The notes below the pieces were generated by a model. That model was not told the origin of the DNA and searched no databases. It saw nothing but the letters and a program-made list of their open reading frames with translations. This document shows positions 1 to 12,612 of a stretch of DNA of 64,000 bases, in pieces. This DNA is from Macrostomum lignano (Eukaryota). The DNA lies in the NCBI GenBank assembly GCA_002269645.1, contig NIVC01000085.1:372001-436000 (forward strand), given 5' to 3'. Position numbers and translations under genes: made by a program. Numbering within the stretch: the first letter of the stretch is position 1; the number at the start of each line of letters is the position of its first letter.

Positions 1-434
1 CTCCATCTCTCTTCCCTCGTGTCTCAGCTGCCGCCCCTTCACCCCTGCCCACTGGCAATGCACTTGCTATGCCCAGCACGCAGCCACAGTCAGCTCTCAT
101 TGTTTAACTCAGCAGAGCTCGCAGCATCTCACTGCTCCTGCATCTCTCACCCCGCTGAGCAGAGCAGCTGCCGGGCCCCCTGGCACCCAATCAGGCCTCA
201 AACACAGCCGCTGGGTCAGAGAAGAGAATCGGCCTCAGTCCATTTAAACAAATTTCTCTGCACAGGGAGAGCTCAGAGATTTCAGTCCGTGACAGCCGGA
301 CTTTTGCTGCTGCTGCTGAGCTGGCAGGCAAATTCGCTTGAAGAAGAGCAAAGCACTCAGTTTGAAGCCGTGTGGAACAGCTGCGGCAGACAGCAGATCG
401 GCAGAGAAGCGCTGCTAGGAGAAGCCGTGTAGCC

Positions 435-3400
435 ATGGCAACGGAGATGGAGCGGAAGCTGAGAGCGGCGCTGGAGGCTGGAGACAGCGAGGAGCTGCAG
501 CGACTGTGCGGTGAGGTCGGCAGCAACATCGAGCTGGAGGTGGGCGGGTTCGACGAGCAAGACTATCCCTATTTTACAGAGATTCTTGTAATGCCGCTGG
601 CCCATCACGTGGCCTGCAAGCCGGTGAGTTCGTCGTGCCTGGAGCTGCTGATTGACAGATTCGGACCCGACTGTCTGACACATGGACATGATAGGGGCAA
701 GACTCCAGTGCACTTTGCTGCTCAGCATCAGGACGAATCTTGGATGAAGCTGGTTAAAGAGAAGGGAGGCAGAGGCTGCTTGAGAATTGTCAGTGGATGG
801 AGAGAGACAGTCGCTCACTTTGCCGCTATGAACAGAAAAAGCAACTCTTGTCTGAAGTGGATGGTGAAGGAGCTCGGCAGCGACTGTCTCACAGTTCCTG
901 ACGAATTCGGTGACACGGCCGTCCATTTGGCCGCTCAGCATCAGGGCATCGAGTCGCTGGAGTGGATCAAGAGACAGATCGGAACTGGCTGCTTTCGGCT
1001 GAAGGGAGAAGGTGATAAACGAACATTTCACATTGCTGCTCAGAAGTCTGACAATTCAATGCTGAAGTGGCTGGTGAAGGAGCTCGGCAGCGACTGTCTC
1101 ACAGTTCCTGACGAATTCGGTGACACGGCCGTCTATTTGGCCGCTCAGCATCAGGGCATCGAGTCGCTGGAGTGGATCAAGAGACAGATCGGAACTGACT
1201 GCTTTCGGCTGAAGGGAGATGATGATAGAACAGCATTTCACTTTGCTGCTCAGAAGTCTGACAATTCAATGCTGAAGTTGCTGGTGAAGGAGCTCGGCAG
1301 TGACTGTCTCACAGTTCCTGACATAGACGATGACACAGCCGTCGATTTGGCCGCTCAGCATCAGGGCATCGAGTCGCTGGAGTGGATCAAGAGACAGATC
1401 GGAACTGACTGCTTTCGGCTGAAGGGATTGTGGGATAGAACAGCATTTCACTTTGCTGCTCAGAAGTCTGACAATTCAAATCTGAAGTGGCTGGTGAAGG
1501 AGCTCGGCAGCGACTGTCTCACAGTTCCTGACTATTGGGGTACCACGGCCGTCCATTGGGCCGCTGAGCATCAGGGAATCGAGTCGCTGGAGTGGATCAA
1601 GAGACAGATCGGAACTGACTGCTTTCGGCTGAAGGGAGATGATGATAGAACAGCATTTCACATTGCTGCTAAGAAGTCTGACAATTCAAATCTGAAGTGG
1701 CTGGTGAAGGAGCTCGGCAGCGACTGTCTCACAGTTCCTGACCAATGCGGTGACACGGCCGTCCATTTGGCCGCTCAGCATCAGGGCATCGAGTCGCTGG
1801 AGTGGATCAAGAGACAGATCGGAACTGACTGCTTTCGGCTGAAAGGAAGGCTCGATAGAACAGCATTTCACATTGCTGCTAAGAAGTCTGACAATTCAAA
1901 TCTGAAGTGGCTGGTGAAGGAGCTCGGCAGCGACTGTCTCACAGTTCCTGACCAATGCGGTGACACGGCCGTCCATTTGGCCGCTGTGCATCAGCCAGTC
2001 GACTCTCTTCAGTTCATTTTTGACCAAATCGGAGCCGAAATGCTCGGCTTGAAGAACAACGAGGGCAAAACACCGGCTGATATTGTTAAGAGTCGGCGGT
2101 TCTTCACAGACGAGTCAGCAAAGTGGACCTGGATTTCCTTAGCTGAGTGAGTCCTGACTGAAAACTGCTGCCTGACACTGAAAATACTGAAAATATTGTT
2201 TGGCGAAAATTCATTGCGCTTTGATGATCGGCGCCCTGAAACTCTCAGCAGCGCCGCAGTCAAGCGAGGGCGTCATGAATCTGTCAGTGCAGCTCCTCAT
2301 GGCGCCCCCAACCTCCTCATGGCGCCCCTAACCCCCTCATGGCGCCCCTAACCTCCTCATGGCGCCCCTAACCTCCCTATAGCGCCCCCAACCTTCTCAA
2401 TGCGCCTCCAATCTCCTCATGGCACCCTCAACCTCCCCATGGCGCCCCAACCTCCCACCCACATCTCAATCTGCAGGAGTTTTACACAAAGCATCATCGA
2501 GTTCAAGTGCCATCAAACTCTCCGAAGTTTCAAACTCTCCGATTTTAGTAGGAATGTACTTGGTGTGATGTTCAAAATATTGGCACTTGAATGATTTGAT
2601 CTCCCGATCGCGCCCCCAATGTCCATATAGCGCCACCCAAAGGTCAATCTGCAGGGGCTTCTTATTTACCTGAGGGTATGTACATGTACAAGATATACTT
2701 CGACAAGCCTCTGGCACTGGCGTGAGTTCATTCAGCCCACACAGCTATATCACACACAGCTACAGCACACACAGCTACAGCACACACAGCTACAGCACAC
2801 AGCTACAGCACACAGCTACAGCACACAGCTACAGCACACAGCTACAGCACACAGCTACAGCACACACAGCTACAGCACACACAGCTACAGCACACACAGC
2901 TACAGCACACACAGCTACAGCACACACAGCTACAGCACACAGCTACAGAAAACACAGCTACAGCACACACAGCTACAGCACACACAGCTACAGCACACAG
3001 CTACAGAAAACACAGCTACAGCACACACAGCTACAGCACACACAGCTACAGCACACAGCTACAGCACACAGCTACAGCACACAGCTACAGCACACACAGC
3101 TACAGCACACAGCTACAGCACACAGCTACAGCACACAGCTACAGCACACACAGCTACAGTACACACAGCTACAGCACACACAGCTACAGCACACACAGCT
3201 ACAGCACACAGCTACAGCACACAGCTACAGCACACACAGCTACAGCATGCAAATTATCCCTCATTGCTTCAATTCGCATTCCCTCAGACCCGAAGGCTGG
3301 GACTTCGTCCCAGCGTTCCTGAAGCGCTGGGACGCAGTCCGCCTCATCGGCCGTGGAGGCTTCGGCGAAGTCCACGAAGTTCGAACTGACACGGGCATCA

Positions 3401-4235
3401 CGTGCGCTGCCAAGACTCTCAGACTGCCTGTGCAGCTCGGTGATGAGCTGCCCTCTGTGAGCACAAGGATCCACAGAGCTGTCGAGAGCGAGAGAAACCT
3501 GTGCCGACTGCGACATCCCAACATCGTCATGTTCTTGGACATCGCTCAGCCGGAGCCCGCCACAGTCGTTGTGTTCATGGAGCTGCTGGACGGCCGAAGC
3601 TTGGAGAGGTTTATCGACAACAAGCCGCTGGACGAGCTGACGATTCGAGACTTCAGCGAGCAGGTGAGCATTGTGCATCCTTGATGCTCCTGTTCCATGT
3701 TCCCATGAATGATGACTGCTCACTGACCGACCTCTCGCAGATCTGCCGCGCACTGCTCTACCTGCACAGCCGGCAGCCGCCCGTGATCCACAGAGACATC
3801 AACTGCTCGAACATGATTGTTCGTGCTGACAACACGCGAATCAAGCTGATCGGCTTCGGCCTGTCAATCAAGCTGGACCAGTCAGTCAGCCACATTTCAG
3901 CCTCCACTCCGACTCCCAAAGGCACTCTGAACTTCATGGCGCCAGAGCTGCTCGGAGCGGGAGAGTCGGCCAGCGTGCAGTACAGACGAGAGTCGGACAT
4001 CTGGGCGTTCGGCTGCTCGGTCTTCCAGATGGCCTCCGGCGCGAGGCCGTTCGCAAACGCCAAAAGCATGTTAGAAATGGCCCAGCTGATCGACAGGAGG
4101 GGCGCCCCCGCCCTGCCGGACGGCCGGTCCGCAGAGCTGAGGGATTTCTACAGCCGCTGCACCGCCAAAGACCGCAGGAGGAGAAGATCCGCACAGGAGC
4201 TGCTGGGGCACGAGTTCCTGAGCAAAAACCTCTGA
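435..4235 (+). CDS. Gene A1: ankyrin-repeat (70-aa double-unit array) + STE/MAP3K-like kinase, predicted pseudokinase; join(435..2146,3288..3663,3741..4235), 860 aa
   Basis: ATG at 435; donor GA|GTGAGT at 2147 (phase 2) matches acceptor CTCAG|A at 3288 (phase 2); CAG|GTGAGC 3664 and GCAG|ATC 3741 are phase 0; summed length 2583 nt is divisible by 3. Ankyrin motifs [17 protein letters not shown]; kinase motifs GRGGFG, CAAK, HRDINCSN, KLIGFG (DFG altered), GTLNFMAPE, DIWAFG. Confidence 0.88.
851..1995 (+). repeat. Coding tandem array: 5 full + 1 partial 210-bp ankyrin double-repeat units
   Basis: Units start at 851, 1061, 1271, 1481, 1691, 1901; framework almost invariant. Confidence 0.95.
2750..3247. 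repeat. Intronic simple repeat (CACAGCTACAG-type)
   Basis: Direct reading; lies in intron 1 of A1 and generates the spurious low-complexity N-terminus of ORF 2722..3684. Confidence 0.95.
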
Positions 4236-4759
4236 CTCTCAGTGCTGTCTCAACACTGTCGGGAGATTTCGGAGCTTTATGTTCGGCGTAAATCGGATGA
4301 GAACAAAATTTCTTTTTCTAAAATTAGCCTACACTTCTATCCTTTTAAACTCTTCCTTATTTTATCCCCATGGCGCTTTAATTGCTATGAAAGCATGTTC
4401 CTTTTTAGAGCGTAGCTGGCCATTCGAAAAGCTGAGAAACTGCAAATTTCTTGAGTAGACAGTGAGAAGACAAAAGAGGAGGGCACCAACCAGCACCCAG
4501 CACTCACACAGCAACAAAGCAACCGAAATCATTTCCATTCTTCATCACAGCTCATGATATCCATTCTCCATCAGATGCATCGAGTTTGTCATATCGGTAA
4601 TTTATCAAAGCTATCAGGCTACTCCAGCCTGAACGTGAGCTGTCACTTGGACTGCATGGATATTAGGCCACATGGGCATTACTTGTGCTCAATCCGATTT
4701 GCTAGCATGGGCACCGGCAGGGCTTTTGATGGAGCTCTAATTTTTCTCCATTGGAATTG

Positions 4760-5058
4760 ATGGAGAATAGAGAAGCTGCGCTGGGATCTGATGGAGAATA
4801 GAAAAGCTGAGCTGGGATCTGATGGAGAATAGAGAAGCTGAGCTGGGATCTGATGGAGAATAGAGAAGCTGAGCTGGGATCTGATGGAGAATAGAGAAGC
4901 TGAGCTGGGATCTGATGGAGAATGGAGAAGCTGAGCTGGGATCTGATGGAGAATTTAGAAGCTGAGCTGGGATCTGATGGAGAATAGAGAAGCTGAGCTG
5001 GGATCTGATGGAGAATAGAGAAGCTGAGCTGGGATCTGATGGAGAATAGAGAAGCTGG
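4760..5058. repeat. 31-bp minisatellite (CTGGGATCTGATGGAGAATAGAGAAGCTGAG)
   Basis: About 9 units; same unit recurs at 15443-15658. Confidence 0.92.
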
Positions 5059-6782
5059 TCGAGTCGATAATTCTCAGCAGTCAGAGCCTCTGCAGTGAGG
5101 AGGCTGTCAGCTCTGCGAGTAAGTGATGCAGAATGAGGTGTCAGTCCCTAGCAGGAATTTGAATTTATTAATTTGCCTAGACTTCTCACCGGTTTCAGAG
5201 ATGTACTTCTAAACATTTTTTCGACATTCTCTGTTCGAGCACCAGCCGGTCCCAGTCCCAGACCCGCCCTATAAAATGTGTTTCATTTTTCTGCCACATT
5301 CTGTCTACATGACACAAATTCGCAATCACACTGGCCTCCAAAGGCCCAATTATGAGTGCCAGACTCGCATCTGAAAACTCGCAGGCAGCGAATTTTACAG
5401 TCATTGAGCACAGGCGCAATGCAAAGCTGTGAATGGTTTGAGCGGGGCAGGGTTAGCGCTCAAGCAGTTTGTCTCTGTGCCACCAACCCCCAGCCCAAAG
5501 CCTTTGAGTCCTCTTTTAACACGCGTTCGCATGCCGCTGTCTCGGCCCTCAAACCTCAGCTTCGCCATTGTCCTCTGGGCATTGAGCTCGGCTGGTCTGG
5601 AGCTGCTTGGACAGCTGGGGTCGGGGTGAGTACAGGCCTCATTCTTTTCGCTTCGATGTGCTCACAGCCCCAACCCCAGCCCTCAACTCATGGCTCAGAT
5701 GAAGGAGAGACAGGAGGAGATGCAGAGGCCGCACACAGCAGCCCAGCTGCACACAGCGGTGCCTCATCAGCTCTGCCCCATTGTCCAAAACCCCTGCACA
5801 AACCTCACCTGCTGTGCACCTGCCTCTACTTGCCGAATGAGCTCAGCATCTCTGCTGCATCAGTTTGAGCTCTGACAGATGAAGAGCGAATGGAGGCTGG
5901 GAGAGGCAGGGAGTGGCTGCGAATTTGCTGACGCAGCTGCTAAGGACAGGTGGGGCGAGCGGAGCGCAGAGAACCTCGAAATGAGCGGCCCAGCAACTGA
6001 GCTGAGTGAGAAATTCTCAGAGACTTGCAGTTGCTTAAGCCTTCTGCAAGGGAAGTAGATGGAGAAGGGGGTGGGTGAGAGGGAGATAGGGGAGAGGGAG
6101 ATGGGTGAGAGGGAGATAGGGGAGAGGAAGATGGGTGAGAAGGATATATGTGAGAAACACAATACACACAAACACAAAGTTTTGTTTACCCGATTGACCT
6201 TTTTGTTTAGCTTATTTGTTTTCTATTCGATTACTCTTCTTGTTGTCTAATTACATCTTTTGTTTATTCAACTGCGTGTTTTGTTTATTTGACTGCCTTG
6301 TTTGTTTAACTGATTAGATTTCGAATTTTGAATTATCGTTTTGTCTACTGATCACCTGCTGCTACCCGATGCCCGGATCAGTTATCAATCACAGTTTTGT
6401 TTATTCGTCTGCGATTCGGAATTCAAATTTTATTTATTTGACTGCCGGGTTTGTTTTACCGGTTGCTCCTTTCAATTAGTGAGACATTTTTGAGCTGACT
6501 CGAGTGCCATTCCAGTTTCAAGCTGATCAATGTTGATTTTGAAACTCTGGCACAAAGCCAATCACAATTTCCCCAATCTGCTCAGACTGCTCAATGCCTA
6601 CTCCAGATTTCTGTTGCCGAGAATTTTTCACATTTTTCTGCCACCGGTTTGGCGCTTTTTCCGGCTCTGATTTTTGTATTTGATTTTTGGACTGACTTTT
6701 TATTAGCAACTGTTGGAGCAGGAAGTCCAGCGCTTACTCAAGAGTTCTCAGTTAAATATACAGCCACCGCTTGGCTTGCCGT

Positions 6783-7195
6783 GAACCGCTGTGTCCTGAC
6801 TTGCCGTGACCCGCTGTGTCCTGACTTGCCGTGACCCGCTGTGTCCTGACTTGCCGTGACCCGCTGTGTCCTGACTTGCCGTGACCCGCTGTGTCCTGAC
6901 TTGCCGTGACCCGCTGTGTCCTGACTTGCCGTGACCCGCTGTGTCCTGACTTGCCGTGACCCGCTGTGTCCTGACTTGCCGTGACCCGCTGTGTCCTGAC
7001 TTGCCGTGACCCGCTGTGTCCTGACTTGCCGTGACCCGCTGTGTCCTGACTTGCCGTGACCCGCTGTGTCCTGACTTGCCGTGACCCGCTGTGTCCTGAC
7101 TTGCCGTGACCCGCTGTGTCCTGACTTGCCGTGACCCGCTGTGTCCTGACTTGTCGTGACCCGCTGTGTCCTGACTTGCCGTGACCCGCTGTGAC
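6783..7195. repeat. 25-bp minisatellite (CCCGCTGTGTCCTGACTTGCCGTGA)
   Basis: Tandem array; paralogous array at 23905-24277. Confidence 0.95.
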
Positions 7196-7879
7196 CCATT
7201 TCATATTTCAATATTTCGCAGCGTCATTTCTGAGCCTCACTCAGTGCAATGCACACAACAGTGCGGGAAGGCAGAGCTGATGAAGCAGGCATGCAGTGAA
7301 GCTGGCCATTGTTTTCAAGTGGCTTGTAGAGTGTCATGAGGTCTGAGGCTGCCTCACGGCTCGGCCCCTCACGCAGTGAGCAAAGAGATGTGCAGAGCCC
7401 TTAACTGCACAGACGCTGCAGAGCTGCTCCAGTTGCCATGGCAATGGGGGAGACTCGAGCTCGGAGAGTCTGTGGACAGCTGAGCAATGTGCTCACCTGG
7501 AGGCTGGGTGGTGCGGCTTGTTGCTTCATCTGCACAAAAGTGTGTTCAAACGAGCATCAGCCATTCTGTGCATCTCATTTGAACAGCAGATGCTGCATCA
7601 ATGATGCTGGCAGACACTTGAGTCTGTGCTCACTCAGTGCACTGTGAAATGTACATAAATAAGTGTTTGCAGTGGCTTCGCATTGCATTGAACTGAGACA
7701 ATGGCGGGGCATGAGGGCTGCTCAGCCACCTCAGCGGGGCGCCGCTGTTTTGAGCAGAAAAATGAAAATAAAACCGCATTTCTGCTTTCATTTAGACCGA
7801 ATTTGGTGGGAAAACACTTTTGAGACTACTCTAGATAGCAGAGTATGGTTTTAAACTGAATGCACACTTTTGCTGTTAG

Positions 7880-8153
7880 ACATGGTGTCCTGTTAGACAT
7901 GGGAGTCTCCTGTTAGACATGGGAGCCTCCTGTTAGACATGGGAGCCTCCTGTTAGACATGGGAGTCTCCTGTTAGACATTGGAGTCTCCTGTTAGACAT
8001 GGGAGTCTCCTGTTAGACATGGGAGTCTCCTGTTAGACATGGGAGTCTCCTGTTAGACATGGGAGTCTCCTGTTAGACATGGGAGTCTCCTGTTAGACAT
8101 GGGAGTCTCCTGTTAGACATGGGAGTCTCCTGTTAGACATGGGAGTCTCCTGT
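7880..8153. repeat. 20-bp minisatellite (TGTTAGACATGGGAGTCTCC)
   Basis: Tandem array; paralogue at 24950-25850 is interrupted by a solo LTR. Confidence 0.95.
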
Positions 8154-8599
8154 TTGATATGACAGTCTTCTTTACTCTTCTCTCTCTGCCCTCTCATATC
8201 CAGCAAAGTTATCATAATTTTCTAGTAGGTTACATGCAGGCGTACATCGGAGAATTATTAATTCATGCATATGTCATGTCGCTTTGTCCCCATCTTTGTG
8301 AGATTCTGGTGAGGGTAAGATCAGGGCAAAAGGGCGTAGAATAGAAGGTAAAAAGGGGTTTTTAGGTTTCATGCTATTGTTAATTTTGATCGATGAATTC
8401 ATGTACTGTTTTTGACCGATTCTTCATAGCTACCCTACATGTAAGAGTTATGATCATGCTTGTCTATGATCTACATGTACTGAGTATGACCGCAATCGCC
8501 TATGACCTGTACTATGACCGTAATTGTCTATGACCTACTGAGAACGACCGTAATTGTCTATGACCTACTGAGAACGACCGTAATTGTCTATGACAGTTT

Positions 8600-9405
8600 G
8601 AGCACAGTTTAACCAACTTAGGCTTACTGAGCACAGTTTAACCAACTCAGTATTATTGAGCACAGTTTAACCAACTCAGGCTTACTGAGCACAGTTTAAC
8701 CAACTCAGGCTTACTGAGCACAGTTTAACCAACTCAGTATTATTGAGCACAGTTTAACCAACTCAGGCTTACTGAGCACAGTTTAACCAACTCAGGCTTA
8801 TTGAGCACAGTTTAACCAACTCAGGCTTACTGAGCACAGTTTAACCAACTCAGGCTTACTGAGCACAGTTTAACCAACTCAGGCTTACTGAGCACAGTTT
8901 AACCAACTCAGGGTTACTGAGCACAGTTTAACCAACTCAGTATTATTGAGCACAGTTTAACCAACTCAGGCTTACTGAGCACAGTTTAACCAACTCAGGC
9001 TTACTGAGCACAGTTTAACCAACTCAGTATTATTGAGCACAGTTTAACCAACTCAGGCTTACTGAGCACAGTTTAACCAACTCAGGCTTACTGAGCACAG
9101 TTTAACCAACTCAGGCTTACTGAGCACAGTTTAACCAACTCAGGCTTACTGAGCACAGTTTAACCAACTCAGGCTTACTGAGCACAGTTTAACCAACTTA
9201 GGCTTACTGAGCACAGTTTAACCAACTCAGGCTTACTGAGCACAGTTTAACCAACTCAGGCTTACTGAGCACAGTTTAACCAACTCAGGCTTACTGAGCA
9301 CAGTTTAACCAACTCAGGCTTACTGAGCACAGTTTAACCAACTCAGAATCTGTGAGCACAGTTTAACCAACTCAGGCTTACTGAGCACAGTTTAACCAAC
9401 TCAGG
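8600..9405. repeat. 29-bp minisatellite (GAGCACAGTTTAACCAACTCAGGCTTACT)
   Basis: About 27 units with recurrent variant AGTATTATT. Confidence 0.95.
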
Positions 9406-9439
9406 TGTACATGGATTTAGTTAGTTCTAGTAGGTTGCT

Positions 9440-9620
9440 AAGTATGAGGGTTAGAGATTATTCGGGCTTTCGCAAATCCATGTGTTGAGTTGGGTAAAAT
9501 TTGGGATAGAAAGATTATAGAAAGAGTGCTTAGTTTTCCGTCTCTACACTCTGTCCATAAATGATTAAAAAGTCCTCTGTTTCTCTCAGTTGTCAGGCAA
9601 CTTGGGGTTGATCTCGCCTT
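9440..9620 (-). mobile_element. Possible degenerate non-LTR (LINE) reverse transcriptase fragment
   Basis: Minus-strand translation includes ILPNSTHGFAKAR, resembling the LxxxQHGFRxxRS motif of LINE RTs; short and decayed. Confidence 0.35.
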
Positions 9621-10469
9621 CTTGGGCAGCTTCAGGTTGAATAGGAGTCTGTAGGTGGGCCTCACGTTTTCTCCCTCAGGTGCGCCAGAATGCCGCGTGC
9701 CGCGTTGTTCTCTAAGTCAGGCCTCTCCTCGGTTGGCTTCTCCCAGCCGGTTTGAGCGCCATTGTGCCTGCGGCGGGGTGTTGCTACTAACCGGAATGGA
9801 AAGGGGCTTTATTAGATTCGGCTATTCAAATTGACTTGACAGTTGATTAATTATCTTAAAGCTGCTTCTGTTTGCCCTTCTAATAGCTATCTAGGGGTTC
9901 CATTGTGCTCCTTTGCCTCGCCCTTCACTGCGCCTGTGCATTTCATAAATTTCTACCTATCTTCTAACTTAGAGTAAAACTTCAGATTTCTAACTCTTAT
10001 AAGCAAACTGCACATACTTTACATTGCTGCACTGCAGTGCCATCCAATACTGATCTGGCAGAGAAATTATTAATGCAGAATTGCTGTCAGTCTGTTGGAC
10101 CGGGTAAAATGATGTAATAATGTGATGGCACTGGCTGTGTGAGCAGTCAGTTACCTGAATGATGGATATATATATATAGAGGATAGAGAGAGAGAGATGT
10201 AAGCTACTTGTTAATCAGCTACTCAATAGCCGTTATCTTTAGTCCTGAAAAAATTTTCTTTCTGTAATGAAAATGAAGTAATCGAACTGAGCCAAGGTAT
10301 TTGAGCCTGCATGCATAAGCTATGAGCCATAGGAAAATTCTTATAGGATTAGTAATGATAATTAGGCTAGGTCACCTGCTCGTGTCACCTGGGCGAGGCT
10401 GGACGGCAACGAAAGGACCCAATGTGAGCCTGGAGCGAGGGGACAAAAGCTAAGAAGTACATGTAGGCC

Positions 10470-12612
10470 CCGACGTTGCGGACGCTGCCTCCGTCTAAGG
10501 CACCCAACGTTGCTGACGCTGCCTCTGTCTAAGGCACCTAACGTTGCTGACGCTGTCTCTGTCTAAGGCACTCAACGTTGCTGACGCTGCCTCTGTCTAA
10601 GGCACCTAACGTTGCTGACGCTGCCTCTGTCTAAGGCACCCAACATTGCTGACGCTGCCTCTGTCTAAGGCACCCAACGTTGCTGACGCTGCCTCCGTCT
10701 AAGGCACCTAACGTTGCTGACGCTGCCTCTGTCTAAGGCACCTAACGTTGCTGACGCTGCCTCTGTCTAAGGCACCCAACATTGCTGACGCTGCCTCTGT
10801 CTAAGGCACCCAACGTTGCTGACGCTGCCTTTGTCTAAGGCACCCAACGTTGCTGACGCTGCCTCTGTCTAAGGTGAAACGACAATTTATATGGGGTTTT
10901 CCCATATTATCGTTTCCTTCTGCCAACAGTTCAGGAAGACAACGAACAATGGATCTGATGGTAACTTTCTCTGTGTGATCTCTAGAGTCACATTCTCAAA
11001 CTTCAGGCGAGGATCTTTCCTCTTCAATCAGTATATTTTATAAGCTAGCACACTGTACGCGAGCTACGAGGAATAGGAGCAGTAGGGAGAGAGAGTGGGA
11101 TTTCGAGGCCCAATAGGCAGTGTCGGTCAGAGGTTGTGCATGCATCACGCGAGGGTCGCATGGCTGGGCTTCTTGCTCGCCGATCATCAGGACTATTTTT
11201 AGGCATGCAGATCTTGTGCATCTGGGGAGTTGCTGCCAAGGCTGGATGCTTGTTCACGCATCACGCGCGTGTCGGCTGATTTCTCCCATCCTCTTGCTAA
11301 TGGCGCCTTCGTTTCACTTCAGTCGCTCTTTTTTCAGGGAAGCGAGGCCCTCCGAGCTCTGTTGAAAATAAGCTTGGAGCAATGATGACAATGGCGTACA
11401 GTTGTGCATTTGCTTGCGATACGCAGTCCCACTTGGTAACTTGCAGTTGAGTTGATGTTGTTGAAACACGAAACTTGGTCAAGGGGCAAAGTGAACTTGT
11501 GACAACAGTGGATGAATTTACCAGCATATCCTCTTGACTATTTAATCAGATCTGAGAGGGGGATTGACGTGAACTCGGAAACTCGACAAATTGAATGGGC
11601 TTTTCGATGCCCTAAACAGTGACGCAAATAGGACTGGACACGGAGACTCGACAAATTAAAACAGCGTCTGGTAGACAGTCAGATCGGGATGCTGGCTGAA
11701 GGTACATTGCAGTTAAATATGACGTCGGAAAAATACCGTCTTGACCAAATTGATTGTGTAGATCTCTCAACGAAAGTTTCTTCTTGGAAGGGTAAACTGT
11801 GTCGCTTCTTGTTCTTCGTCCATTGGTCTTGTCTAGTTCGAAGTTTTCCTTTACTCAAGGCAGGAAAGTCTCAGTTCTCGATTTACTCGGATGGCTGTGG
11901 AAGACATGCAGCAGAGCGATAACTGCATGGTGTCTGAGACTTCTGTCTAGCGGCGACTCACGCGGTCAGTGGAACCAATTGAAACGACAATTTATATGGC
12001 TTTTTCCCATATTATAATCGTTTCCTTCTGCCAACAGTTCAGGAAGACAACGAACAATGGACCTGATGGTAACTTTCTCTGTGTGATCTCTAGAGTCACA
12101 TTCTCAAACTTCAGGCGAGGATCTTTCCTCTTCAATCAGTATATTTTATAAGCTAGCACACTGTACGCGAGCAACGAGGAATAGGAGCAGTAGGGAGAGA
12201 GAGTGGGATTTCGAGGCCCAATAGGCAGTGTCGGTCAGAGGTTGTGCATGCATCACGCGAGGGTCGCATGGCTGGGCTTCTTGCTCGCCGATCATCAGGA
12301 CTATTTTTAGGCATGCAGATCTTGTGCATCTGGGGAGTTGCTGCCAAGGCTGGATGCTTGTTCACGCATCACGCGCGTGTCGGCTGATTTCTCCCATCCT
12401 CTTGCTAACGGCGCCTTCGTTTCACTTCAAAGGCACCCAACGTTGCTGACGCTGCCTCTGTCTAAGGCACCCAACGTTGCTGACGCTGCCTCTGTCTAAG
12501 GCACCCAACGTTGCTGACGCTGCCTCCGTCTAAGGCACCTAACGTTGCTGACGCTGCCTCTGTCTAAGGCACCTAACGTTGCTGACGCTGCCTCTGTCTA
12601 AGGCACCCAACG
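10470..12612. repeat. 34-bp minisatellite (CAACGTTGCTGACGCTGCCTCTGTCTAAGGCACC) split by an LTR element
   Basis: Arrays at 10470-10874 and 12430-12612 rejoin in register around the insertion. Confidence 0.92.
10875..12429 (-). mobile_element. Non-autonomous LTR retroelement (TRIM-like), 1555 bp
   Basis: Direct repeats 10875-11321 (447 bp) and 11980-12429 (450 bp), TG..CA on the minus strand; 4-bp TSD AAGG (10871-10874, 12430-12433); PBS-like TGGTTCCACTGACCG (minus, 11977-11963); purine tract next to the other LTR; no recognisable coding capacity. Confidence 0.88.

Noticed and set aside
191-1871. Antisense ORFs over the ankyrin exons (also 19288-20542) and over kinase exons
   Set aside because: Shadows of the sense coding frame, recurring with the 210-bp period; no motifs.
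851-1995. Diversity-generating retroelement as source of the variable windows
   Set aside because: Changes are not adenine-specific, no template repeat or DGR-type RT is seen, and the context is eukaryotic.
5356-5868. 170-aa ORF downstream of A1
   Set aside because: No motif, no consistent splice partners, not present in the A2 duplicate.
7270-7310. Hammerhead ribozyme candidates at CTGATGA motifs (7277, 24358, 35516, 43142)
   Set aside because: No stem II followed by GAAA and no closing stems recognisable by eye.
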